Shown: one piece after another, positions 16,280-24,988 of the stretch
How the letters are laid out: every line of letters begins with the position of its first letter
Numbering within the stretch: the stretch's first letter is position 1
Assembly (NCBI RefSeq): GCF_000016745.1
Contig: NC_009483.1
Location: 4,230,001-4,262,000, forward strand
Source: Geotalea uraniireducens Rf4
GTDB taxonomy: Bacteria > Desulfobacterota > Desulfuromonadia > Geobacterales > Geobacteraceae
Direction of reading: 5' to 3'
DNA length: 32,000 nucleotides
The notes under the pieces: generated by a model
The model's database searches: none
The model's input: only the letters and a program-made list of their open reading frames with translations
Told to the model about the DNA's origin: nothing
Program-made: the position numbers and the translations under genes

Positions 16280-17044
16280 TTGACTATTCTTGAATCTATC
16301 ATACTCGGTGTCGTGGAGGGATTGAGCGAATTCCTCCCCATCTCTTCCACCGGGCACCTCATCCTCGCGTCCGCCCTGTTGAAAATCAAACAGACCGATG
16401 CCCACAAGGTATTCGAGGTTACGATCCAGTCGGGGGCCATACTGGCGGTTGTCTACATCTACCGCAAGCAGCTCGCATCCCGATCGGACCTGCTTCTGAA
16501 GGTTTGCGCCGCATTCATTCCCACGGGGGTCTTAGGCTATCTCCTTTACAAGACCGTCAAATCATTCTTCCAGCCATCGATGGTGAGTTACATGCTGATC
16601 GCAGGGGGGATTGCGTTTTTAGCCATTGAAAGGCATCTGAAGAACCGCTCCTCTGCTGGGGAGGGTCTCCAGGACATCTCCTACGGGAAGGCCTTGCTCA
16701 TAGGGATCATCCAGAGCCTTTCCATGATCCCGGGGGTATCCCGCTCCGGAGCTACCATCATGGGCGGGCTTTTGGTCGGCATGGACAGGAAGGCTGCCGC
16801 AGAGTTCTCCTTTCTCCTCGCCATCCCCACCATGCTCGCGGCCACCGCCTTCGACATATACAAGAACTTCGGCATCTTCAGCTTTGGAGATTGGCAAAAC
16901 ATCCTCGCCGGCTTCGTAACCTCCTTTATCTTTGCCGTTATCGGCATTAAGGCGCTCCTGAAATTCATCACCGGCCATACATTCGTGCCGTTCGCCATCT
17001 ACAGGATCGCCGCAGGGGTCCTGTTCCTCCTGTTTCTGCCGTAG
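16280..17044 (+). CDS. uppP: Undecaprenyl-diphosphate phosphatase UppP (BacA)
   Basis: 254 aa polytopic membrane protein with VEGLSEFLPISSTGHL and PGVSRSGATI signature motifs. TTG start at 16280 is preceded by an AAGGAGG RBS (16268-16274). Confidence 0.9.
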   Translation: MTILESIILGVVEGLSEFLPISSTGHLILASALLKIKQTDAHKVFEVTIQSGAILAVVYIYRKQLASRSDLLLKVCAAFIPTGVLGYLLYKTVKSFFQPSMVSYMLIAGGIAFLAIERHLKNRSSAGEGLQDISYGKALLIGIIQSLSMIPGVSRSGATIMGGLLVGMDRKAAAEFSFLLAIPTMLAATAFDIYKNFGIFSFGDWQNILAGFVTSFIFAVIGIKALLKFITGHTFVPFAIYRIAAGVLFLLFLP

Positions 17045-17223
17045 CATCTTCTCAGCCGGGGAGGACTATTTGCCGGCCGGCCTTCTTCCATTGCAACTCG
17101 GCAGGCACAAAAGAGCGGAACCGTTGAGCTTCATCGAATATTTACCGCCATCAACCGACGCCGGCGTAGACAGCCGCCATCCCTGCAGTGAAGTCATTAA
17201 ACCTGGAAAGAGTAAAAGAACCG

Positions 17224-18102
17224 ATGGGAAACAAATTCATCATTATCTCCTGCATTCTCCTGCTCAGTCTGCATTCCAGCGGAAAGAACGGCTTCGCTGC
17301 CGACAAGCCGGTAGTTCATTTCGGCATTAATTTACGTTACAACCCTGTGATTCTCTACAAGCGCTATCAGCCGCTCATGGATTATCTCACACAGAACTCG
17401 CCGTACAGATTCGAATTGAAAATCAGCCGCGATTACCAGGAAGCCGTCAAGTTCCTGAAAGAAGGAAGAACCCAGATAAGTTCCTTGGGGGATGGCGCTT
17501 TCATCGAAGCCATCCTGCTTCATGGCGCAGTTCCCATTGTCAAGCCGCTCAATAAGGACGGAAAGCCCTTCTACCGATGCGCTATCATCGTCCCGCGCAA
17601 TTCCGCTCTTAATTCCCTTCAGAACCTGCGCGGCAAAAGCATCGCCCTTGGATCATACCATTCAACTACAGGCAACCTTATCCCCAGATATCTTCTTGCG
17701 GTTAACGGTATAAACTTGCAAGGCATTGGCTCTGTCGCATCCCTGAAGAACCACGATGCAGTGACCAAGGCAATCCTGAAGGGACAATATGACGCGGGTG
17801 CTGTCAAGGATGTCTTTGCTGAAAAATACGGGGAATACGGCCTGCGGGTCTTGGCCTACTCCGACCCCATTCCTTCCGTGCCTCTAGTGGTAAGAAACAA
17901 TGCACCCCGTGAGTTTGTAAAGGCGGTCACCGAAGCCCTTTTGAAACTCGATCCGCGCAATCCCGCCCATCAAAAGCTCATGGAGAACTGGGACGAAGAA
18001 TACAAACACGGCTTCGTCTCCGCAGACATCTCAGGCTACCGGGAAATCTTCAGGATGTTTCGCTCGATTCCGAACGGTTGCGGCATGAGGTGTCACCGGT
18101 GA
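17224..18102 (+). CDS. PhnD-like periplasmic substrate-binding protein (phosphonate/phosphite ABC-type SBP fold), no cognate permease or ATPase nearby
   Basis: Start at ATG 17224 gives the signal peptide MGNKFIIISCILLLSLHSSGKNGFA/AD. The segment HFGINLRYNPVILYKRYQPLMDYL...GSYHSTTGNLIPR is typical of the PhnD-like family. Its stop overlaps the kinase start. Confidence 0.75.
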   Translation: MGNKFIIISCILLLSLHSSGKNGFAADKPVVHFGINLRYNPVILYKRYQPLMDYLTQNSPYRFELKISRDYQEAVKFLKEGRTQISSLGDGAFIEAILLHGAVPIVKPLNKDGKPFYRCAIIVPRNSALNSLQNLRGKSIALGSYHSTTGNLIPRYLLAVNGINLQGIGSVASLKNHDAVTKAILKGQYDAGAVKDVFAEKYGEYGLRVLAYSDPIPSVPLVVRNNAPREFVKAVTEALLKLDPRNPAHQKLMENWDEEYKHGFVSADISGYREIFRMFRSIPNGCGMRCHR

Positions 18103-19577
18103 AGGCTCCATTTTTTTTCAGCATCAAGATAAGGTTTGTCCTTACTGCGGCACTCATCATGGCACTCTCTTCCATCACATGGGGGAGCTGGGCCTGGTAT
18201 AACGAGAAGCAGCATCTCATCGAAAAACTTGAAGGACAAGGGAAACTTCTCCTGACCTCTCTCAAGGCTCCCATCATCAATGCAATCGTTTATGAAGAGA
18301 TTGGCCAGGTTGAGGATGTAGGGCTTCTCGATAATTTTGTGGGGGAGATCGTCGGCAATCATGAACTGCCGACGCCTTATGCCTTTATTACCGACCAGGA
18401 AGGGAAAGTGCTCGCCCACAACCATTATGAGGAATTTGGCAAGAAGTATCATGATCCCTTGACCCTTGCCGCGCTGGCCGGAGATAACGTTCAGAGCAGA
18501 ATCGTGCGGGACGCCCCTGGAATAGGTCCTGTTCTGGATATGGCCATGCCGCTGCGCATTTCCGGAAAAAGCTGGGGCATGCTCCGTATCGGGCTTTCCA
18601 TGATTCCCATGGAAGGGGAGTTGTCAATCCTTCGCATGCAGATCCTCTCCTTCTCCGCCCTCTTTTTCCTGATCGGCACCGCCATCTTCTATTTGATCGG
18701 CCGCACCATGTCACGCCCTCTTGAGCAGCTTTCCAATGCCATGGCAGATGTAAATCATGAATCCCTGGAAGTGACGGCATCACCAAGGCAAAGGAATGAT
18801 GAAATCGGCCTGTTACAGGAAAGCTTCAATGAAATGCTGACGCGACTGAAAAAGAGTGAACAGGAAAGGCAGAGGGCTGTAAGCCAGATGATTCAGAATG
18901 AGAAACTGGCAACCATCGGCAAGATCGTCGCGGGGGTTGCCCATGAAGTCAACAACCCCTTGGCGGCCATATCGACCAGCATATACAATCTGGATGGAAA
19001 GGCGCCCCAGGAGCTAAAAAGGTATATCGAAATACTAAAGAAGGGGGTGCATCGCATAGAGGCGATTGTGCGCCAGCTGACCGATTTCAGCCGGGTAAAC
19101 ACTCTGGATCTGCGACCTGTGCCGAGTGAGCTCTTTTTCAAGGAGGCCGCAGGTTTTGCCGGCATGGCTCTCAAGGGCACCGATCTGAGATTTGTCGGCA
19201 CCGACTCCTGTCCACCAACCACGCTGGACATTGACAAGGGCAAATTGCACCAGGTGGTTCTCAACCTGATTCTCAATGCTTTGGACGCTTCACCACAACA
19301 AGGCACGATAGAATTTCTCGCCTACTGCCATGATGGGTTTTACTTTTTGGTTGTCACAGACCAGGGGAGTGGAATTCCTCCGGAGGACAGGGAAAAAATA
19401 TTCGAGATCTTTCACACAACCAAGCCGGCAGGGGAAGGGAGCGGCATTGGTCTTGCCATATGCAGGAGCATTGTCGAGATGCACAGGGGAGAAATTATTC
19501 TCGAGAGCAGGCAAGGGATGACAACATTCATTGTTAAAATACCGCTGGGCAGGGGAGATTTTCATGGACAGGCTTAA
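18099..19577 (+). CDS. Sensor histidine kinase (periplasmic sensor domain, HAMP, HisKA, HATPase_c)
   Basis: Two TM segments flank a periplasmic domain of about 150 aa. H-box AGVAHEVNNPL, with N/G boxes LNLILNALDAS and GSGIGLAICRSIV. The likely start GTG 18099 overlaps the SBP stop (GTGA). The longest ORF starts at TTG 18078. Confidence 0.85.
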   Translation: MKAPFFFSIKIRFVLTAALIMALSSITWGSWAWYNEKQHLIEKLEGQGKLLLTSLKAPIINAIVYEEIGQVEDVGLLDNFVGEIVGNHELPTPYAFITDQEGKVLAHNHYEEFGKKYHDPLTLAALAGDNVQSRIVRDAPGIGPVLDMAMPLRISGKSWGMLRIGLSMIPMEGELSILRMQILSFSALFFLIGTAIFYLIGRTMSRPLEQLSNAMADVNHESLEVTASPRQRNDEIGLLQESFNEMLTRLKKSEQERQRAVSQMIQNEKLATIGKIVAGVAHEVNNPLAAISTSIYNLDGKAPQELKRYIEILKKGVHRIEAIVRQLTDFSRVNTLDLRPVPSELFFKEAAGFAGMALKGTDLRFVGTDSCPPTTLDIDKGKLHQVVLNLILNALDASPQQGTIEFLAYCHDGFYFLVVTDQGSGIPPEDREKIFEIFHTTKPAGEGSGIGLAICRSIVEMHRGEIILESRQGMTTFIVKIPLGRGDFHGQA

Positions 19578-20913
19578 ACTCTTGATTATTGAAGACGATC
19601 CCCTGTTCGGCGAAGCCATTTGGGAAGCTCTGCAAGCGGCCGGTTACCGGACCAGGCTTGCGACAAGTGGTGCTGAAGCTCTGGCGGCTGTTGCAGAGGA
19701 GAGTTTCGACCTGATGCTTCAGGATATACGACTTCCCGATGCCAATGGACTGGATATACTGAGGGAAATTTTGCAGAGACAGCCCCATTCCAGGGCGTTG
19801 GTCATGACCGGGTTCGCTACCGTAGATAGTGCTGTTGAAGCCATGAAAATAGGGGCTTTCGATTTTCTTACCAAACCATTTCCCATGGAAATGCTGCTCA
19901 TGAAACTGCAGAAGGTTCTGGAATTCAAGCAGATGGAAAAGGAGATCGACTCTTTCAGGAGTAAGGAAGAGGAATGTCATCTCATAGTCAGTCGCAGTCC
20001 TGCCATGAAGGACCTGCTGGAAATGGCAAGGGCCGTGGCGGTCACGGATGCCACCGTGCTCTTGCAGGGGGAAAGCGGCACCGGCAAAGAACTCCTGGCT
20101 GAAACCATCCACAAGACAAGCAAAAGACGCCACAAACCGTTCATCCAGGTGAACTGTGCCGCCATCCCCGAAACCCTCCTGGAAAGCGAGCTTTTTGGTG
20201 TGGAACGGGGAGCTTTTACCGGGGCAGACAGGAGTCGCCAAGGCTATCTTGAGGCAGCGGAAAGCGGCACATTGCTGCTGGATGAGATAGGAGATCTGCC
20301 CCTCCATTTACAGGGCAAAATCCTGAGGGTTCTGGAAGAGAAAAAGGTCTTCAGGGTGGGAGGGACCAGGGCGTATAATGCCAATTTCCGGCTTATCGCC
20401 GCCACCAACTGGGACCTGAAGGAGATGGTTCAGGAAAAGAAATTCCGCGAAGACCTTTATTTCAGGCTGAATGTAGTGCCCTTGACCATCCCTCCTCTCA
20501 GGGAACGGCGGGACGACATCCCCCTGCTGATTGCGCACTTCCAGAAGTGCCTGTCAGCGAAAGATGCCGGGAAGAAAGTGATTTTTTCTCCCGAGGCCCT
20601 TGAGCTCCTCTGCCGTTACGACTACCCGGGAAACATCCGTGAGCTGAAGAATATTGTAGAGCAACTCACCGTACTTTATCCGGGAGAGGCGATCAAGCCC
20701 TTGCATATTCCCGTCTCATTGCAGAAAGAGTCATGGGTCGGGAATCTTTTCGAGAACTTTGTCGTCGGTAAACCGCTGAAGGATGCAGTCGGGGAATTCG
20801 AAACCAGATACATCGAAAAAGTCCTGAAAAGCGCCGGCGGTAATAAATCCCTCTCAGCCAGAATTCTCGGCATATCCCGGCAGATGTTGTGGGAAAAGCT
20901 CAAACAGAGATAA
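19564..20913 (+). CDS. Sigma-54-dependent response regulator (NtrC family enhancer-binding protein)
   Basis: REC domain (LLIIEDDP..., DLMLQDIRLPD). AAA+ domain with GESGTGKE Walker A and the GAFTGA sigma-54 contact motif. C-terminal Fis-type HTH (SLSARILGISRQMLWEKLK). ATG 19564 overlaps the kinase 3' end by 14 nt. Confidence 0.9.
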   Translation: MDRLKLLIIEDDPLFGEAIWEALQAAGYRTRLATSGAEALAAVAEESFDLMLQDIRLPDANGLDILREILQRQPHSRALVMTGFATVDSAVEAMKIGAFDFLTKPFPMEMLLMKLQKVLEFKQMEKEIDSFRSKEEECHLIVSRSPAMKDLLEMARAVAVTDATVLLQGESGTGKELLAETIHKTSKRRHKPFIQVNCAAIPETLLESELFGVERGAFTGADRSRQGYLEAAESGTLLLDEIGDLPLHLQGKILRVLEEKKVFRVGGTRAYNANFRLIAATNWDLKEMVQEKKFREDLYFRLNVVPLTIPPLRERRDDIPLLIAHFQKCLSAKDAGKKVIFSPEALELLCRYDYPGNIRELKNIVEQLTVLYPGEAIKPLHIPVSLQKESWVGNLFENFVVGKPLKDAVGEFETRYIEKVLKSAGGNKSLSARILGISRQMLWEKLKQR

Positions 20914-21163
20914 GGCTCGGAACTTGGCCGGCTATTTCGCCGAACTGTAAACAATCCTTTACGGTCCCCACTGCCTTCCCATTCGAAATCCATCATTCAA
21001 AGCCAACTTCTCCATAAAAACAACCCGCCGATTCATTTTATATTTCCGATCATATCCCCCCTGCGACATTCCGAAGTATCAACAACCATAAAGGGATTCG
21101 CGAGTAATTTGCCACATTATTAGAATGCGAACAAATGCTGAAAAACCTCTTTCATTAATTGCG

Positions 21164-21179
21164 TGGCACACCTCTTGTT
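21164..21179 (+). promoter_or_regulatory. Sigma-54-type -24/-12 promoter-like motif upstream of the decahaem cytochrome gene
   Basis: TGGCAC-acctc-TTGT has a perfect -24 element and correct spacing. The -12 element is GT rather than GC. It lies about 220 nt upstream of the cytochrome start and directly downstream of a sigma-54 activator gene. Confidence 0.45.
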
Positions 21180-21398
21180 ATAGGAGACAGAAGCAGATAG
21201 GAAGGGAGGTGGAGATTTACGGCAGCTTCTGCACGTTGGGATCAACTAATTCCAATTTTCAAATCGAGGATGGAATCAAGGGCGGCAAGGAATGAGGCGA
21301 CGAAGGCGTACAGATAGTACGTTGAGGAGCCGAAGACGAGCCAACAAAGATAGCGCCTTGATTTGGAATTGGAATAATTCAAGAAGGAGGTTTATTTG

Positions 21399-22298
21399 AT
21401 GAACAAAAGAGAGATACCAAAAAAGTTGTTTCTGTTGTCGGCTCTGACCGGCTGCCTGTTGCTGATAGGCGCAATCGTTTTTGCCGCTGATGGAGGCTAC
21501 GTCGGCAGCGAAAAGTGCAAGGAGTGTCACGCGGAGCTGGCCAAGGCATTTTCCACGAACATTCACGCCAAGGCGGGAGCATACGGCGTCAAGGACGCAG
21601 GCTGCGAGTCCTGTCATGGCGCGGCTGGCGGCCATGTAGCCTCCGGGGACAAATCGTCCATCATCAATCCGTCCAAGGTCGACTACGAGGCCGCCTCGGC
21701 AGCCTGTCTCAAGTGCCATACGAAGGATAAGGGGCAGATGTTCTGGCACGGCAGTATTCATGAGGGCCAGGGATTGAGCTGTGTGGCCTGTCACAAGGTC
21801 CATGGTGGCAATGACAAGCTGCTCGCCAAGAAAAATGAGAGCGACCTCTGTTTCACCTGTCATGCCGATGTCCGCGCTGACATGTTCAAACGCTCCAAAC
21901 ATCCCATGCGGGACTCTTCTTCTCCCACCACCGAAGGGAAAATGACCTGCTCTTCCTGCCACAACGCCCACGGCGCCAAGGGTGAAAAGCTGATCGACGC
22001 CAAGTCCTTCAATGACAAGTGTTACGAGTGCCATTCGGAGAAAAAGGCTCCGCTCCTCTGGGAGCATTCTCCTGTCAAGGAAGACTGCCTCACCTGCCAC
22101 AGCTCCCACGGTTCATCCAATGACAAGATGCTTGTCACGAAGGTTCCGCGCCTTTGCCAGGAGTGCCATATGCAGGGGCGGCATCAGACGGGAACCCTGG
22201 GCACCAATTCTGTTTTTGCATTCAGCAGGGGTTGCCTGAACTGCCACCCGATGGTACACGGCTCCAACAACCCGTCCGGGCCGGTGCTGCAAAGGTAA
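21399..22298 (+). CDS. Periplasmic decahaem c-type cytochrome (MtrA/DmsE/PioA/MtoA-like)
   Basis: Ten CxxCH motifs in about 300 aa: CKECH, CESCH, CLKCH, CVACH, CFTCH, CSSCH, CYECH, CLTCH, CQECH, CLNCH. Signal peptide KKLFLLSALTGCLLLIGAIVFA/AD. GAAGGAGG RBS lies 8 nt upstream of ATG 21399. Confidence 0.9.
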   Translation: MNKREIPKKLFLLSALTGCLLLIGAIVFAADGGYVGSEKCKECHAELAKAFSTNIHAKAGAYGVKDAGCESCHGAAGGHVASGDKSSIINPSKVDYEAASAACLKCHTKDKGQMFWHGSIHEGQGLSCVACHKVHGGNDKLLAKKNESDLCFTCHADVRADMFKRSKHPMRDSSSPTTEGKMTCSSCHNAHGAKGEKLIDAKSFNDKCYECHSEKKAPLLWEHSPVKEDCLTCHSSHGSSNDKMLVTKVPRLCQECHMQGRHQTGTLGTNSVFAFSRGCLNCHPMVHGSNNPSGPVLQR

Positions 22299-22332
22299 TA
22301 CGGAGTGTCGATCACAAATCAAAGGAGGCAGC

Positions 22333-24840
22333 ATGATGAAGCGAAAAAGTTATAAACATATGACGCTGGCCATGCTCCTGTCGTTCTTTGCGACAGTGGG
22401 AGCGGCGCAAGCGGATACGGATATTATGGAAGGTAAGGCGACCATCAGTGGCGGAATCAATGCGGGAGTTCAGCAGAAGATCATCGATGGATCTCGCGAA
22501 AAGTTCGAAGAATACCGGGACGTACAGAACGGTTTCCTGATCAATGACTTCCGCCTTAAAGGCGATGGCAACACAACCCCTTACTTCCTCGACGTCAAGA
22601 TAAAAAATCCGGTACAGGATAATGAGTTCTACCAGTTAAACGGCGGGGTCCATGGAAAATATAATTTCGGCCTTTTCTATGACAGCATCCCGCATAACTT
22701 CAGCAGCGGCAAATTTCTGCTGAATGATTTGGGAGGGGGGCGATACGCCATTGGCGATGTCATCCAGAGCCAGCTGCAGGCAAATGAGATCCTGCGGAGC
22801 CAGCGGCTGACATATGCACCTCCCCCCGGTGGCGTTACCAATACCGCAGGCGGCGCTTTCATCAATCCGGCTGACGCCCAGAACCAAGCCCAGGACGCGG
22901 GCATGACCGGCATCGTCAACAATCTGTACGGGTCCGCCAACACAATCAAGCTTGGCCTGAAGAGGGAAAAAACAGGTTTCGCTTTCGACTATCGGATCTC
23001 GGACGACGCAAAGGTCTGGACAAAGATAAGCAACGAGAAACGTATCGGCACCAGGCGCATCAACCAAGGCACCTACGAGCGGTACAATAACGGCAACACT
23101 ACCGCAGGAGACCGCGGCCATATCGTCGATTTCTTTCTGGCAGCGGGGATCGAGCTGCCGGAGACCATCGACTATCGGACCACCACCCTGAACATCGGCA
23201 CCGGCGTCTACAAGAAGAACTGGCTGGCTGACGTCGAATATACCTTTACCAACTTCGATAATAAGGTATCGACCCTGACCTGGGACAACCCCTTCAGGAT
23301 TACCGACGCAACCGCTACAAATGCAGCTGCCACTCCTCCGGCTCTCGTCGGCACGGCAAACCCCTTCAACAGGGGCCGTTCTGCCACCGGTCAGATGTCC
23401 CTCACACCGGACAGCCAGTCCCATGACCTGGCCGTTTCCGGCTCGGTTGAACTGCCGCTGCACAGCAGGGTGTCCGGCACCATCAGCTACGGCTGGATCA
23501 CCCAGGACGAGGCCTTTGCCCCCTACACCAGGAACAGCGCCATCAGCTTAATTGCAGGCACCGCCGGACCAGGCTTTGATGTGACCAATCCCGCCAACCT
23601 GCCACAGCAAGACCTGAACGGCAAAGTAGCGACCCTGTTCCAGAGTTACCAGCTGACCAGCAAGCCGGTTGAACCGCTGACCGTGACAGCCCGCTATCGC
23701 TACTATGACTACGACAACAGGTCCGACAACATCACCTTCCCCGGCTACTCGGCCTTCGGTGATTCGTTCTGGAGAACGGAGAAGAACGACGTCACTTCGG
23801 GCCAGGATGCCCCGGTTCGCAACGAGGCCCTTTCCTTTACCCGTCAAAATGCCGAACTCGCCATCGATTACCACCTGATGAAGCCGCTCACCGTCATGGT
23901 CGAAGGCTTCTGGGAAGGATGGGACCGGGAGCAGCTCCGAATCGACGGCACCAACGAACTGGGTGCAGGAGGAGGCTTCATCTTCAAGCCGTTCAAGGCG
24001 GCCAAACTCAAGGGTAACTACCGCTACGCCCACCGCAGCGTTGACGGCTACAAACCGGGCAACACCGCAGAAAACCCCGAGGCTGTGGGACTGGCCAACT
24101 ACGACTGGGCTGACCGGGTCCGTCACAAAGCCGACCTCCGCTTACAGATGATGCCTGTGGAGGCCTTAACGGTGGGGCTATCCGGCCAGTACCTGAATGA
24201 TAAGTATGGTAACGACAACAGGTTCGGTCTCAAGAAGAACGAAAACGTCACAGGCGCCATCGACATTGCTTACGCTGCATCCGAGGCCCTGTCGTTCTAC
24301 GCCAATTATGTGAAGGAGTACCGCAAGGGGGCGATGCAGTCGGCAGCGAAAGACGATGCCTTCAATGGGTCGCTTAACAGCCTCATCCCGCCTGGCGGCG
24401 CTCCGTTCAATCCGGAAAACTACTGGAACACCGACATCTATGAGAAGGTCGACACGTTCGGGGTGGGTGCGACGGTCCAGGTCATTCCCGACAAGCTGAC
24501 CGTGAACACCAGCTACAATCTCTCTAACAGCAAGATGGATTTCAATACCGTCAACCCTAACGGGGCAGTAAAGCTGGCAAACGCCTTGGGCCAGTCCTGG
24601 CCGACAGTCAGAAACCGTCTCCAGGAGCTCAAGACCGACATCGGCTACAACTTCACCAAGAACCTGAAGGCGGGTGTCACTTACCTCTATGAGTGGTATA
24701 AACTGGACGATTTCGTCAACACATCGGCGTATATGGCCGGCGCGTCTGTTGAGAACACCACCAAGTACTTATTTACCGGTGCCAACAACTTCAGCTACGA
24801 CGCACATGTGGCCGGGGCATACCTTAGTTACAAGTTTTAA
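22333..24840 (+). CDS. Large outer-membrane beta-barrel protein (MtrB/PioB-like, decahaem-associated)
   Basis: 835 aa. Signal peptide ...FFATVGAAQA/DTD. Composition is rich in Y/G/N/T/D with alternating-strand character, and the C-terminus is ...AYLSYKF (aromatic terminal residue typical of OMPs). It directly follows the decahaem gene. AAAGGAGG RBS. No cysteine anywhere in the translation. Confidence 0.8.
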   Translation: MMKRKSYKHMTLAMLLSFFATVGAAQADTDIMEGKATISGGINAGVQQKIIDGSREKFEEYRDVQNGFLINDFRLKGDGNTTPYFLDVKIKNPVQDNEFYQLNGGVHGKYNFGLFYDSIPHNFSSGKFLLNDLGGGRYAIGDVIQSQLQANEILRSQRLTYAPPPGGVTNTAGGAFINPADAQNQAQDAGMTGIVNNLYGSANTIKLGLKREKTGFAFDYRISDDAKVWTKISNEKRIGTRRINQGTYERYNNGNTTAGDRGHIVDFFLAAGIELPETIDYRTTTLNIGTGVYKKNWLADVEYTFTNFDNKVSTLTWDNPFRITDATATNAAATPPALVGTANPFNRGRSATGQMSLTPDSQSHDLAVSGSVELPLHSRVSGTISYGWITQDEAFAPYTRNSAISLIAGTAGPGFDVTNPANLPQQDLNGKVATLFQSYQLTSKPVEPLTVTARYRYYDYDNRSDNITFPGYSAFGDSFWRTEKNDVTSGQDAPVRNEALSFTRQNAELAIDYHLMKPLTVMVEGFWEGWDREQLRIDGTNELGAGGGFIFKPFKAAKLKGNYRYAHRSVDGYKPGNTAENPEAVGLANYDWADRVRHKADLRLQMMPVEALTVGLSGQYLNDKYGNDNRFGLKKNENVTGAIDIAYAASEALSFYANYVKEYRKGAMQSAAKDDAFNGSLNSLIPPGGAPFNPENYWNTDIYEKVDTFGVGATVQVIPDKLTVNTSYNLSNSKMDFNTVNPNGAVKLANALGQSWPTVRNRLQELKTDIGYNFTKNLKAGVTYLYEWYKLDDFVNTSAYMAGASVENTTKYLFTGANNFSYDAHVAGAYLSYKF

Positions 24841-24867
24841 GCATGACCTCCTTCATGCGTGTTATGG

Positions 24868-24891
24868 GCGCCGGCAACGGCGCTTTTTTTT
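24868..24891 (+). terminator. Rho-independent terminator after the barrel gene
   Basis: GCGCCG-gcaa-CGGCGC stem-loop followed by an 8-T run (24884-24891). Confidence 0.8.
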
Positions 24892-24912
24892 GGCCAATTG
24901 AATTAGTCGGTT

Positions 24913-24981
24913 TCACCCCTTCACTTCGGAGACAGGTAAAAAATGTACCTTGCGGATATGGTCTGATATGGGGAATTTCAT
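24913..24981 (-). pseudogene. 22-codon relic of an aminotransferase paralogue (5' end only)
   Basis: By hand alignment, 61/69 nt are identical to 15914-15982, and the last 35 nt are identical. It translates as MKFPISDHIRKVHFLPVSEVKG-stop, against MKFPISDHIRKVHFPPISEVKGW in the intact gene. Homology starts exactly at the ATG and ends 7 nt from the IS end. Confidence 0.7.
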
Positions 24982-24988
24982 CAAATGT

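Noticed and set aside
20914-21160. Upstream activator (enhancer) sites for the NtrC-type regulator
   Set aside because: I found only weak short inverted repeats (for example TTCGC-N26-GCGAA around 21098-21133). Nothing convincing enough to call without footprinting or comparative data.
21290-21350. GEMM-I (c-di-GMP/cGAMP) riboswitch in the cytochrome leader
   Set aside because: GGCAAGG...GACGAAGGCG superficially recalls the GGCAAACC...GACGCAAAGCC core. I could not build the P1/P2 helices or the tetraloop-receptor pair by eye. It stays only as something for cmscan to test.
21276-22109. 277-aa minus-strand ORF
   Set aside because: It is antisense to the decahaem cytochrome gene, whose ten CxxCH motifs, signal peptide and RBS fix the coding strand.
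15914-24981. The two aminotransferase-start copies lie 8,999 nt apart, raising the possibility of an assembly or duplication artefact
   Set aside because: The copies differ at 8 of 69 positions and have entirely different flanks. This is a diverged paralogous relic rather than a collapsed or duplicated assembly segment.
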